Source of the DNA: Candidatus Saccharimonadales bacterium
GTDB lineage: Bacteria; Patescibacteriota; Saccharimonadia; Saccharimonadales; UBA4665
Direction: 5' to 3'
Assembly (NCBI GenBank): GCA_035996265.1
Contig: DASYJQ010000041.1
Coordinates: 1-38,762 of the forward strand
DNA length: 38,762 nucleotides
In this document: positions 1-8,646 of the stretch, one piece after another
How positions within the stretch are numbered: the first letter of the stretch is position 1
How the letters are laid out: every line of letters begins with the position of its first letter
Translations under genes and position numbers: made by a program
Notes under the pieces: model-generated
Told to the model about the DNA's origin: nothing
What the model saw: only the letters and a program-made list of their open reading frames with translations
Databases searched by the model: none

Positions 1-342
1 CTGGATGCCGTCGATTGGCTCGCCAATGACGTTAAACATACGGCCCAGGGTAGCGTCGCCGGTTGGCACGCTAATAGGAGCGCCGGTGTCGTTGATAGGG
101 TCGCCGCGCTTCAAACCGTCGGTGCTGGCCAAGGCCACGGTGCGGACGGTGGTCTCGCTCAAGTGCTGGGCGACTTCGAGCACCAATTTTTTGCCGCCAA
201 GGGTTGTTAATAAAGCGTTGTTAATAGGGGGTAGTTGGCCGGGAGCGAACTCTGCGTCGACCACGACACCAACAACCTGCACGACCTTACCGGTCGCGAC
301 TGCTGCCGGGGTCTTGGTTTGTTCTTTCGTTACTGTTGCCAT
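1..342 (-). CDS. atpD: F0F1 ATP synthase subunit beta, N-terminal part (runs off the window edge)
   Basis: Manual translation from ATG at 342: [32 protein letters not shown]...[28 protein letters not shown]...[25 protein letters not shown], a typical AtpD N-terminus. Not in the ORF track because there is no stop in the window. Confidence 0.97.
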   Translation of the reverse strand, partial: MATVTKEQTKTPAAVATGKVVQVVGVVVDAEFAPGQLPPINNALLTTLGGKKLVLEVAQHLSETTVRTVALASTDGLKRGDPINDTGAPISVPTGDATLGRMFNVIGEPIDGIQ

Positions 343-710
343 TATGATTCTCCGTTTTCTGCTCTAGTCACTTGCTCTTGTTGTCCTGCTAATAATTGTT
401 CGGTGGCCCATCTAAACCCGGATTGCTCCGGCGGGCGGTATTCGCCGGTATCGGGGGGCGGTGGAACTTTTTCGCTAAGGTTGTGTAATGAATAGTCAGT
501 GTAACCCCCTGGCTGCGTGTCGCCCCACAATAACCTATCCATCTCGGCCCGGCGGGCTGCAGCTAGGACGGCCAAGCCATGCAGCGCTGCACTGGACTCA
601 GCTCCGGCTGCTGCCCCTAAATCCCAATGGAAAGTCTCCGGGAACTTACCGTCACCAGTAAAGCGCTCTGAGAAGTCCCAAACGCTACGATCTATGCGAC
701 GCTCGCTCAT
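342..710 (-). CDS. Hypothetical protein (122 aa) inserted between atpG and atpD
   Basis: Fills the atpG-atpD gap exactly. Its ATG overlaps the atpG stop (ATGA, 707-710) and its TAA overlaps the atpD ATG (TAATG, 340-344). No recognisable domain. Confidence 0.75.
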   Translation of the reverse strand: MSERRIDRSVWDFSERFTGDGKFPETFHWDLGAAAGAESSAALHGLAVLAAARRAEMDRLLWGDTQPGGYTDYSLHNLSEKVPPPPDTGEYRPPEQSGFRWATEQLLAGQQEQVTRAENGES

Positions 711-1576
711 TTCATGGCCTCCGCGCCGCCGGTAATTTCGGCCAGTTCCTGGGTGATGGCGGCCTGGCGGGCATTGTTATATACCAGCGTCAGGTCGTCG
801 ATCAGGTCGGAGGCGTTGTCGGTGGCGTTCTTCATAGCAATCATGCGCATGGATTGCTCGGAGGCGATAGCTTCCAGGAAGGCCTGGTAGATTTGCGACT
901 CCAGCAAGCGCAGGGCAGTGGCCTTTAACAACGCTTCGGGTGACGGTTCAACATCGGCGTGGGACATTTCATCATCCAGCTCAATATCTTCGAAGCCGGC
1001 CGGCAGCAAACGCTGGTGCTGGACTTCTTGGGCGATACTGGAAATGAACTTCGTGAAAATAATGTCGACTTGGTCGACTACGCCGTCGGCGAACAGGCTG
1101 ACAACACTGGTCAGGATCGGGCGCAGATCGTCAGCGGTCGGCTTGTCGGCCATCTTGGCGTAAACGGCTTCGACCTCCATACCGGCAATGTGTGACGCTG
1201 CTTGGGCGGCTTTGCGGCCAATAGCCACAACGCTGGTCTTAACACCTTTGGCACGGTCGCTCTGGGCTTCGGTAACCAGCGCACGCAAAACATTGGCGTC
1301 GTACGCACCGGCCAAACCCAGGTCACTGGTAATAGTGATAATCAGGCGCTTTTTGACAGGGCGTTCGGTAAACAAGTGGTATTCACCGTCATCGGCTGAC
1401 ATTTGGCGCAAGCGTGTCAATATCTGGCGGGCAAGTGCTGCGTACTCACGCGGGCGCACCACAGCTTCTTGGGCGTGGCGCAGCTTGCTGGCGGCAACCA
1501 GCTGCATGGCCTTGGTGATCTGCTTGGTATTCTTAACCGAGCCGATACGCCGTTTAATTTGCTGCCGTGAAGCCAT
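707..1576 (-). CDS. atpG: F0F1 ATP synthase subunit gamma
   Basis: IKRRIGSVKNTKQITKAMQLVAASK N-terminus and RMIAMKNATDNA...ARQAAITQELAEITGGA C-terminus; operon position. Confidence 0.98.
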   Translation of the reverse strand: MASRQQIKRRIGSVKNTKQITKAMQLVAASKLRHAQEAVVRPREYAALARQILTRLRQMSADDGEYHLFTERPVKKRLIITITSDLGLAGAYDANVLRALVTEAQSDRAKGVKTSVVAIGRKAAQAASHIAGMEVEAVYAKMADKPTADDLRPILTSVVSLFADGVVDQVDIIFTKFISSIAQEVQHQRLLPAGFEDIELDDEMSHADVEPSPEALLKATALRLLESQIYQAFLEAIASEQSMRMIAMKNATDNASDLIDDLTLVYNNARQAAITQELAEITGGAEAMK

Positions 1577-1581
1577 TTAGC

Positions 1582-3168
1582 TTACTCCTTGGCCTTTTTA
1601 GGCTTAGATGCAGGCGCTGCAGCAGCTGCTTTGGGCGCCGGACCGCCGTAGCTCTTAGCGACCTTTTCGGCGGCGGCTATGACTGTATTAACAATCTCGT
1701 CGGTCGGCTTGTCGCCCTTGTCGAGGGTTTTCATGATAGCGCCGTGCTTGTCTTCCATGTAGCTGATCAATTCGGCCTGGGCGTCTTTGATTTTAGGAGT
1801 CGGCACGGAGTCGAAGGGACCCTTGGTAGCAGCCATCAGGGAAACGGTTTGCTCGGCAACAGACAATGGCTGGTACTGTTTTTGCTTGAGTAGTTCGGTC
1901 AAACGCTGGCCGCGTTCGATGCGGTGCTTGGTTTCCGGGTCCAGGTCGCTGCTGAACTGGGCAAATGAGGCCAATTCACGGAACTGGGCGAGGTCCAGGC
2001 GCAAACCGCCGGCGACTGACTTAACAGCCTTGGTCTGGGCCGAGCCACCAACACGGGAGACCGACAGACCGACGGAAATAGCCGGGCGGATACCCTGGTA
2101 AAACAGGTTAGTTTCCAGGAAAATCTGACCGTCGGTAATCGAAATAACGTTAGTCGGAATGTAGGCAGAGATATCACCGGCCTGGGTTTCGATGATCGGC
2201 AGGGCGGTCAGCGAACCGGCGCCGAGCTCGTCATTGAGTTTAGCGGCGCGCTCCAGTAGGCGGGAGTGCAGGTAGAAAACGTCGCCAGGGTAGGCTTCGC
2301 GGCCCGGTGGGCGGCGCAGCAGCAGGGACATCTGGCGGTAGGCAACAGCGTGCTTACTGAGGTCGTCATGGATGATCAGGGCGTGCTGACCGTTGTCGCG
2401 GAAGTATTCACCCATGGCAGTACCGGCGTAAGGGGCCAAATACAACAGCGGGGCGGGGTCGGCAGGGCTGGTAGCGACGACGATGGTCTGGTCCATAACG
2501 CCTTCGCGCTTCAGGCGTTCGACCAAGGCGGCAACCTTGGACAATTTTTGACCAATCGCGACATAGACGTTAATAACGCCGGTCTTTTGCTTGGCCTGGT
2601 TGATCATGGTGTCGATAGTAATAGCGGTCTTACCTGTTTGGCGGTCGCCAATGATAAGTTCGCGCTGACCGCGGCCGATGGGGACCATAGCGTCGATGGC
2701 CAGCAGGCCGGTCATCAGCGGTTCATGGACGCTCTTGCGAGCCATAACACCAGGGGCCGGACGTTCCAGAAGACCCTTTTCTTTGGCTTTGATCGGACCC
2801 TTGCCGTCCAACGGTTCACCCAACGGGTTCACCACCCTACCAATAAGCTCCGGTCCCACGGGCACGTCCAAGACGTGCCCCGTCATAGTCACTTTGGCGC
2901 CGGCAACCACTTGGCTGTCGTCGCCCAAAATAACGGCGCCGATTTCGTCTTCGAGCAGGTTCAACGCAAAAGCGGTCACTTTGCCGCCCTTGCGGGTTTC
3001 AATTTCGATAACTTCGTTATAACCGGCTGCGCGCAGGCCAACGACCCATGCAACACCGTCACCAACGCGGGTAACGATACCGGCGTCTTCGAGGCCTTTG
3101 GTTGTGCGAAACGATTGGATCGCGTCGCGCAGCTCGGCTGATAATTCTTGGATGGCTAATTCACTCAT
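1582..3168 (-). CDS. atpA: F0F1 ATP synthase subunit alpha
   Basis: [17 protein letters not shown] Walker [37 protein letters not shown]; AAGGAG upstream. Confidence 0.99.
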   Translation of the reverse strand: MSELAIQELSAELRDAIQSFRTTKGLEDAGIVTRVGDGVAWVVGLRAAGYNEVIEIETRKGGKVTAFALNLLEDEIGAVILGDDSQVVAGAKVTMTGHVLDVPVGPELIGRVVNPLGEPLDGKGPIKAKEKGLLERPAPGVMARKSVHEPLMTGLLAIDAMVPIGRGQRELIIGDRQTGKTAITIDTMINQAKQKTGVINVYVAIGQKLSKVAALVERLKREGVMDQTIVVATSPADPAPLLYLAPYAGTAMGEYFRDNGQHALIIHDDLSKHAVAYRQMSLLLRRPPGREAYPGDVFYLHSRLLERAAKLNDELGAGSLTALPIIETQAGDISAYIPTNVISITDGQIFLETNLFYQGIRPAISVGLSVSRVGGSAQTKAVKSVAGGLRLDLAQFRELASFAQFSSDLDPETKHRIERGQRLTELLKQKQYQPLSVAEQTVSLMAATKGPFDSVPTPKIKDAQAELISYMEDKHGAIMKTLDKGDKPTDEIVNTVIAAAEKVAKSYGGPAPKAAAAAPASKPKKAKE

Positions 3169-3192
3169 TATATACGTCTATCTCCTTGGCGG

Positions 3193-3588
3193 TTAAAGGC
3201 TTGCCAGTTGTTTTAACTTGGTTCTCACTGAAGCGTCCAGTTCAGCATCCGATGTGCGGGCAATTAAGCCACCTAGCAGATCCGGGTTGATGTGTTCGGT
3301 CAGTTCTACGCGCTGTGCCCCGGTGGCCTTGCGCATAGTGTGCTTGAGTTCGTCGCGGACTTGCTCGGACAGTTTGTGGGCGCTGGTTACGTCTACTAGC
3401 AGATGGCCGCTTTGCTCGAACAGCTCGTGGGCGATGTCGTTGATAACTAAATCAACGTCACTCGCCATGTTCTGCTCCAGCAAATAGGCGGCCGTCACTT
3501 TCAGCCAGTATGACTGTTTGCTCGGCTCGGCCAAAAGCTTGGCGGCTACGGTTCGGGCAATAACTCGTCGTGAGACCTTGTTATTCAT
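3193..3588 (-). CDS. atpH: F0F1 ATP synthase subunit delta (short form, 131 aa)
   Basis: Lies between atpF and atpA; VTSAHKLS...INPDLLGGLIAR...LDASVRTKL matches the delta/OSCP C-terminal domain. Confidence 0.9.
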   Translation of the reverse strand: MNNKVSRRVIARTVAAKLLAEPSKQSYWLKVTAAYLLEQNMASDVDLVINDIAHELFEQSGHLLVDVTSAHKLSEQVRDELKHTMRKATGAQRVELTEHINPDLLGGLIARTSDAELDASVRTKLKQLASL

Positions 3589-3591
3589 GCC

Positions 3592-4122
3592 TTACGCCTT
3601 CTCCGCCAAAGCTTTTTTGACGAGCTCTGCGTCTTTCTTGTCGTCTAGTTTTTCACCGATAATACGCTCGGTTGCCAGGGCAACGAGTTCAATCGTGTCG
3701 CGCTTGAGGGCCTCGCGGGCCTTGGCGACGTCGATGCTCAGCTGGCCGCGGGCGTCGGCAACGATTTGCTCGGCGCGCTGCTTGGCTTTGCTCTCGGCTT
3801 CGGAAATCATAGCGACAGATTCCTGGTGCGTACGAGCCAACATGTCGTCAGCGTCCTTACGGGCGACGGCGAGCATTTCGGCGACGTTAGCTTCGGCTTT
3901 TTCCAAAGCTTCCTGACCTTCTTTGGCTTCTTTGAGGCCGGCCTCGATAGAATCGCGGCGGTCATCAATAGCCTTGAGTAGGATAGGGTAGACAAATTTG
4001 CCCATAATCGCGACCAAAATCAAGAAAGCGACTGCCTGGGTGATCAGCAGCTTGGGGTCGAGCCCCAAGGCCTGAAACAATCCAGGGGATGAACTTGGTG
4101 TTGTTGCTAAAAGATGTAGCAT
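3592..4122 (-). CDS. atpF: F0F1 ATP synthase subunit b
   Basis: Single N-terminal TM helix (QAVAFLILVAIMGKFVYP) followed by a charged coiled coil (IDDRRDSIEAGL...); operon position. Confidence 0.95.
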   Translation of the reverse strand: MLHLLATTPSSSPGLFQALGLDPKLLITQAVAFLILVAIMGKFVYPILLKAIDDRRDSIEAGLKEAKEGQEALEKAEANVAEMLAVARKDADDMLARTHQESVAMISEAESKAKQRAEQIVADARGQLSIDVAKAREALKRDTIELVALATERIIGEKLDDKKDAELVKKALAEKA

Positions 4123-4140
4123 TGCTGCTTAAACTTTCCC

Positions 4141-4362
4141 TTACTTCAAGAACTTAACAATTAAGGCAACGACCAGGCCGATGATGGCCAGGGCGTCCAC
4201 GAAGGACATGGCCAAAATCATCAAAGTACGGATCTTACCAAGCGCTTCGGGATTGCGGCCGGCTGCCTGAACGGCGCCAAGACCAACAAGACCAAGACCA
4301 ATACCACAGCCTGCTGCGGCAATCGCGTAGGTCAGACCAAATGCTAGGGGGGTGATGTCCAT
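4141..4362 (-). CDS. atpE: F0F1 ATP synthase subunit c
   Basis: Two-helix hairpin with GxGxG, RNPE loop and carboxylate in FVDAL; AAGGAG upstream. Confidence 0.96.
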   Translation of the reverse strand: MDITPLAFGLTYAIAAAGCGIGLGLVGLGAVQAAGRNPEALGKIRTLMILAMSFVDALAIIGLVVALIVKFLK

Positions 4363-4388
4363 TAATATAACTCCTTTTATTTAACTAA

Positions 4389-5189
4389 TTAATTCGCTTT
4401 ACTTGCGGTTACTTCAGCATGTTCATCCCCGTGCTCTTCGCTGGGAAGACCTAAGGATATGAACGCAACCGTCAACATAAAGAACACATACGCCTGGACG
4501 GCGCCAACAAATAACTCTAGGACATAAAACAACGGAAGGGAAATTGCAGCGGCGTACCCGCTCAGGTAGGCGATAACCGCCAGCAACACTTCACCACCGA
4601 ACACGTTACCAAAAATACGAAGCGACAGGGCGAGCAGGCGGCTGAACTCAGCCACGATCTCCAGGATGCCTTCAAAACTGTGCAGCGGATCTTTGAATGG
4701 GCTGACCAAGTAACGGCGGATGTTACCAAAAAAGCCGTGCTTTTTGATAGCCCATATCTGGGCCGTCGTCATCGAGATGATGGCCAGGGCAAAGGTCGTG
4801 TTCATATCGGCCGCCGCGCCGCGGAACAGTTCATGGCCATGATACGTTACAGCGCCGACAAATGGCAGAATGCCAAGCCAGTTGTTGACCCAAAAGAACA
4901 ACATCAGGGTGACCGCCAGCGGTAGCACCTTACGAGCCACAACTTTATCGCCGATGACTTCTACCGTGGTGTCGTATAAACTTTCGAAGATAGCCATTAC
5001 GGCGTGCATAAAGCGGCTGCGGCTGCCGTTGCGGACGGCGCGGACGGTAGCGAACATGATAATCAAAATAACGGTTACGCCTATCGCGCCATAAATCTGC
5101 GAGTTGGTAATAGGCAGCGGCCCGGCATGAAACAACGTCTCGGGAGCGACGCTTACTTTAGGGACTTCAGATGCGAACAAACTCAACAT
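4389..5189 (-). CDS. atpB: F0F1 ATP synthase subunit a
   Basis: Polytopic membrane protein with LSLRIFGNVFGGE (essential Arg) and ELFVGAVQAYVF. Confidence 0.97.
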   Translation of the reverse strand: MLSLFASEVPKVSVAPETLFHAGPLPITNSQIYGAIGVTVILIIMFATVRAVRNGSRSRFMHAVMAIFESLYDTTVEVIGDKVVARKVLPLAVTLMLFFWVNNWLGILPFVGAVTYHGHELFRGAAADMNTTFALAIISMTTAQIWAIKKHGFFGNIRRYLVSPFKDPLHSFEGILEIVAEFSRLLALSLRIFGNVFGGEVLLAVIAYLSGYAAAISLPLFYVLELFVGAVQAYVFFMLTVAFISLGLPSEEHGDEHAEVTASKAN

Positions 5190-5470
5190 TATTTCTTACG
5201 CTCCAATTTCTTTTCTATGCGGGCTACGGACTCGATCTGCTTTTTTACCAGCCGATAGGCACCGACGAAACCGATTACGACACTTACTAACGTCAGCCAG
5301 GGCTTGGTACCAAGGTGCAAATCGGCGTATATACCGATGATCGTAAACAGTATAACGGGAACGGCTATGCGCCAGGTTGTATCCAGAAAGGCAAGTGCGA
5401 CACCACCGACCCCAAAGGTAGGGTCTCCACTAACATCATGAGTCGTCTTGGCGGCGGCTTCTTGCTTCAT
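5189..5470 (-). CDS. atpI: AtpZ/AtpI family protein
   Basis: First gene of the atp operon; two TM helices with IGIYADLHLGTKPW, the G-x-x-x-D-x-x-x-G-T-x-P-W pattern of this family; stop overlaps the atpB start. Confidence 0.85.
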   Translation of the reverse strand: MKQEAAAKTTHDVSGDPTFGVGGVALAFLDTTWRIAVPVILFTIIGIYADLHLGTKPWLTLVSVVIGFVGAYRLVKKQIESVARIEKKLERKK

Positions 5471-5479
5471 TTCTTATAT

Positions 5480-5488
5480 ACTATAACA
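5480..5488 (-). promoter_or_regulatory. Putative extended -10 promoter of the atp operon
   Basis: Minus strand reads TGtTATAGT, 9 nt before the atpI ATG. Confidence 0.5.
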
Positions 5489-5572
5489 AACAGGGGTAAT
5501 GGACGCAACATATAATGCTGACAATTTTGTGCTTTGCCAGATCCCTCAAAGGCGTTACCATACATGCTATAT

Positions 5573-6670
5573 ATGAGTAGCTTTGAGACCCCTGGTGCAA
5601 CGCCCGGCCCTTTGCGGCCTGAATACATCATGCCAGAAGGGCAATTTAACCCTGATGAAATAATTACCGCCCAGGAATATGACGACCAGCCAGCGCCTCC
5701 GGAAGGCACCGGCGCTGAGTTCGAAATAACAGCAACCGATACTGCCGAGGATGACGCCTGGGACGACCCGCGGTACTGGAAGCCGCAGCAACCGGCCGCT
5801 GCCAAAGCGCCCGCAGAAGAGCCAGCTGTCGAACCAAGTGCCGCCCCGAGAACAGAAGACCAAGGCGAAGAACCTATGCAGCTCGAACCAACAAACTCAG
5901 AACCAACGGACCTAGAAGATCCGGCTAGCGCTACTGAAAAAAATGAAGCTGCCGAACCCGAAATTCCTGAAGACGCCCCGGAAGCCGGTCCGCCGGCTGA
6001 CACGGCACTGCCCAGAGCAGAAGTACTTGAGCAGTTCGAAAAATGGAAGAATGGCGAAACCGTGCCGTCAGAGGCGACGCCCATTGGCAAACTACCACCC
6101 CTGAGCGAAGCTGAGCTGGCGCTCATAGCTGACATCCGCGTCCCGTACCATGAGGTGACCGCGGAAGACATGCATGAGCTAGCCGATGAAAAATTCACCC
6201 AGCACAAAACCGGCTTCACTGCCGAACAACTCAAGGTTCTTGCCAAGTTGGACGACGCCTTTATGGCTATCGTTAAAGAAGACCTGACCGCTAATGACTT
6301 TGGTGAAGAACCACAAGAGATGGATCACGTCCTCAGAGTAGGAGTATTCGACTTCCAGGACGTCCAGGACTGGCATGTCGACAAATTTGGCTTTCCCTGC
6401 GCACGCTACGTAGTGTCACTGGGCGAGGGCGGCGCAACCCAATTCGTCACTGGCGAGATGAACCGTAAGCAGACACCTGCTATGATGGGTGACTTGCGGC
6501 GCGATATTAACATTGCCACCATAGGCCAGCAAACGGACCATGGCGTAGGCGTTGTGTCGCGCTTTTTAGCCAACCAGACCATACACCGCACACCCGTTGC
6601 ACCCGGATTCCGGATTTTTATAACCGTCAGTTCACAAGGGATGCGGCCAAACAAGGAGCAACGGCCATAA
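5573..6670 (+). CDS. Hypothetical protein: acidic low-complexity N-terminus plus DUF1826-like 2OG-Fe(II) oxygenase-fold domain
   Basis: C-terminal WHVD...HRTP...RIFITV resembles the HxD...H facial triad and distal Arg. The start at ATG 5573 is my choice; the ORF is open from 5534. Confidence 0.65.
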   Translation: MSSFETPGATPGPLRPEYIMPEGQFNPDEIITAQEYDDQPAPPEGTGAEFEITATDTAEDDAWDDPRYWKPQQPAAAKAPAEEPAVEPSAAPRTEDQGEEPMQLEPTNSEPTDLEDPASATEKNEAAEPEIPEDAPEAGPPADTALPRAEVLEQFEKWKNGETVPSEATPIGKLPPLSEAELALIADIRVPYHEVTAEDMHELADEKFTQHKTGFTAEQLKVLAKLDDAFMAIVKEDLTANDFGEEPQEMDHVLRVGVFDFQDVQDWHVDKFGFPCARYVVSLGEGGATQFVTGEMNRKQTPAMMGDLRRDINIATIGQQTDHGVGVVSRFLANQTIHRTPVAPGFRIFITVSSQGMRPNKEQRP

Positions 6671-6698
6671 CCACCCTAACCATTCATATAGCCGACAG

Positions 6699-6707
6699 TG
6701 ATATACT
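6699..6707 (+). promoter_or_regulatory. Extended -10 box directly before a start codon (leaderless type)
   Basis: TGaTATACT, 6 nt before ATG 6714, with no Shine-Dalgarno. Confidence 0.55.
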
Positions 6708-6713
6708 ACATAT

Positions 6714-6962
6714 ATGGAAAATAAACTTATTGTATACGGAGCGGAGTGGTGTGCATTTTGCCACCAGGCGATGCTGTATTTCGACAAACTCGGCGTTAAG
6801 TATACTTATAAAAACGTGGATCTCAACCAGGACGATGCCAAGGCATCTGTCGAAAAATCCGGCCAGACCGGCATCCCGGTGCTCGATATTGACGGCGAAA
6901 TCATCGTCGGCTTCGACCGCCACAAAATCGACAAAGCGCTGCACGACAAAAAACTAGTCTAG
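6714..6962 (+). CDS. Glutaredoxin-like protein (NrdH/YruB type)
   Basis: WCAFC CxxC motif, SGQTGIPV cis-Pro loop, IIVGFD. Confidence 0.92.
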   Translation: MENKLIVYGAEWCAFCHQAMLYFDKLGVKYTYKNVDLNQDDAKASVEKSGQTGIPVLDIDGEIIVGFDRHKIDKALHDKKLV

Positions 6963-6974
6963 CCCTCTACCTCT

Positions 6975-6990
6975 TGTGACGAACATCACA
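6975..6990. promoter_or_regulatory. Palindrome matching the CRP/FNR-family consensus TGTGA-N6-TCACA
   Basis: TGTGA-CGAACA-TCACA in the intergenic region, upstream of TACACT (7013-7018) and ORF 7050. Confidence 0.4.
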
Positions 6991-7049
6991 GCAATGCGTA
7001 GGGGCTGTGCGCTACACTGCACTTGTAATGTTATACAGGGGGTGAGCGT

Positions 7050-7454
7050 ATGCAGCCAGGTACCGAACAGCCAAACTTTACTGTAGACGATGGTGCGCCT
7101 CCCGGCACAGGGGAGGCGTTCGCCAGTCTCGTAGAACTTATCGAAGAAAAGCCCGATGCAACAGCGGCTTTTTTTGCATCTGTCGGCGATACTCCGGTGG
7201 AAATTTACCTGTACGCCAAGAACCTGGAGTCTGAGGACGAGTCACATGCCGCCAAGACCGCCCGGCTACTATCCACCATCTTTACTGAGGAATTCGACCA
7301 GGAAGTAGAACTGCCCAGAGCCGACGAGGCCGTGCGCAAAGCTGAAGCCAGCGGCAACAGAGACCCGCTTAAACATTGGCGGGTGCGGCGTATTGGCTAC
7401 TTTATTGGGGACGTGGCCAGCCAGGCCCGCACCGCCCGCCCGCAAGCGGCGTAG
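7050..7454 (+). CDS. Hypothetical protein (134 aa)
   Basis: Fills the gap between neighbours on the same strand; GGGGG-rich RBS-like element upstream; no recognisable domain. Confidence 0.7.
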   Translation: MQPGTEQPNFTVDDGAPPGTGEAFASLVELIEEKPDATAAFFASVGDTPVEIYLYAKNLESEDESHAAKTARLLSTIFTEEFDQEVELPRADEAVRKAEASGNRDPLKHWRVRRIGYFIGDVASQARTARPQAA

Positions 7455-7470
7455 CGTATAATGCCGGTAC

Positions 7471-8040
7471 ATGGCATTTGAAGATTACCAAACTAAAGAA
7501 TCGGTCGTCATTGTATATACCGGCGAAAGCAAAGGGAAAACCAGCGCCGGGCTTGGCCTGTTAATGCGGGCCCTGGGCAACCGTTGGAATGTCGCCTTTA
7601 TCCAGTTCATAAAGCATTGGGGCGTCGGCGAGCACGTCTTCATTCGTGACATTATACCCTTATATAAGGATCAGCTGTACTTCCACAAAGGCGGCAAAGG
7701 GTTTTACCAAGCCGGCGAACTAAGCGCCGAATTCGTCACCCCGGAACAACACAAAGCCGCCGCCCAGCAAACATACGACGAGGCGCTGCGCTGCGCCACC
7801 TCCGGCGATTATGACCTGGTTATCTGCGATGAGCTCAGCAACGCCGTACATGACGGGCTGCTCACCAAAGCCCAGCTCAAAAAACTGCTTACCGCCCGCA
7901 AGCCGGCGACAAGCTTGTGCATCACCGGCCGCGACTTCCCGGAAGACCTGTTGCCGTGGGTAGACATCGCTACTAATATGACTAAAATAAAACATCATTT
8001 TGATGATAAATTCTTGGCAAACAAGGGCATCGATTTTTAA
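7471..8040 (+). CDS. cobO: Cob(I)alamin/corrinoid adenosyltransferase (CobA/CobO/BtuR family)
   Basis: YTGESKGKTSAGLG P-loop, QFIK, YDLVICDEL, ITGR, KIKHHFD...A..GIDF C-terminus. TATAAT at 7457-7462 lies just upstream. Confidence 0.92.
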   Translation: MAFEDYQTKESVVIVYTGESKGKTSAGLGLLMRALGNRWNVAFIQFIKHWGVGEHVFIRDIIPLYKDQLYFHKGGKGFYQAGELSAEFVTPEQHKAAAQQTYDEALRCATSGDYDLVICDELSNAVHDGLLTKAQLKKLLTARKPATSLCITGRDFPEDLLPWVDIATNMTKIKHHFDDKFLANKGIDF

Positions 8041-8094
8041 CAAGAACAAGGATATGTTGTACACTCCGTACATAAAGCGTACAATTTAAACATA

Positions 8095-8646
8095 ATGGCC
8101 GAAGGTTATCCTGCTGAAACAGAATCGATGGCCGCTGACTACCAAGCGGCTTTAGAATCGTTTTTGGTCGAAACCGCTGCCGCCATGGACCAGCAAGCCC
8201 AATGGGTCGTATGGGCTGCCCGCAGCGGATTTGCTACAGATACTATCTCAGGCTACAACAACCTCCTGCTTCAAACCGCCGAGCTCAACAAACAAGCAGT
8301 CCAGTCGCTCGTATTTCGGCTCGGCGAGCAAGCACTGTCGGTATGGATCGATGAACCGGGGCAGGAACCATCCCGGTTCGTGGGCTTACAGTATACTATC
8401 GGCGACCCGAGCTACCGAGTTGGCCTTATGCAGGGCAACGAAAGAACCTACGTGCCGTTCCGCGCCGCGCAGCACCGCATACAGATTAGGGAGCCGCAGC
8501 AGGCCGTTTCGCCCGCTATCTCGTGGAGGGAAAGTTCCACAGCACTAACCAACGCCGTAGCACTACCATCAATATCATCTGAAAGGTTTGACCCCAGTGC
8601 CCACCTCAATGGCCCCTTCCGAACACCATCCCCTCCAGGACATTGA
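8095..8646 (+). CDS. Hypothetical protein (183 aa)
   Basis: Preceded by TTGTAC-N17-TACAAT (8057-8085); no recognisable domain. Confidence 0.65.
   Translation: MAEGYPAETESMAADYQAALESFLVETAAAMDQQAQWVVWAARSGFATDTISGYNNLLLQTAELNKQAVQSLVFRLGEQALSVWIDEPGQEPSRFVGLQYTIGDPSYRVGLMQGNERTYVPFRAAQHRIQIREPQQAVSPAISWRESSTALTNAVALPSISSERFDPSAHLNGPFRTPSPPGH

Noticed and set aside
5-495. Plus-strand ORFs 5-367 and 235-495
   Set aside because: Shadows of atpD and the coupled orphan on the minus strand.
2266-3141. 291-aa plus-strand ORF
   Set aside because: Antisense to atpA with no independent motifs.
4141-4362. Na+-coupled ATP synthase
   Set aside because: Subunit c has Asp in FVDAL and lacks the Q...E[ST] sodium-binding signature, which is consistent with H+ coupling.
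5467-6246. 259-aa minus-strand ORF apparently leading into atpI
   Set aside because: Ser/Gly-rich shadow of the acidic plus-strand gene; atpI has its own -10 box.
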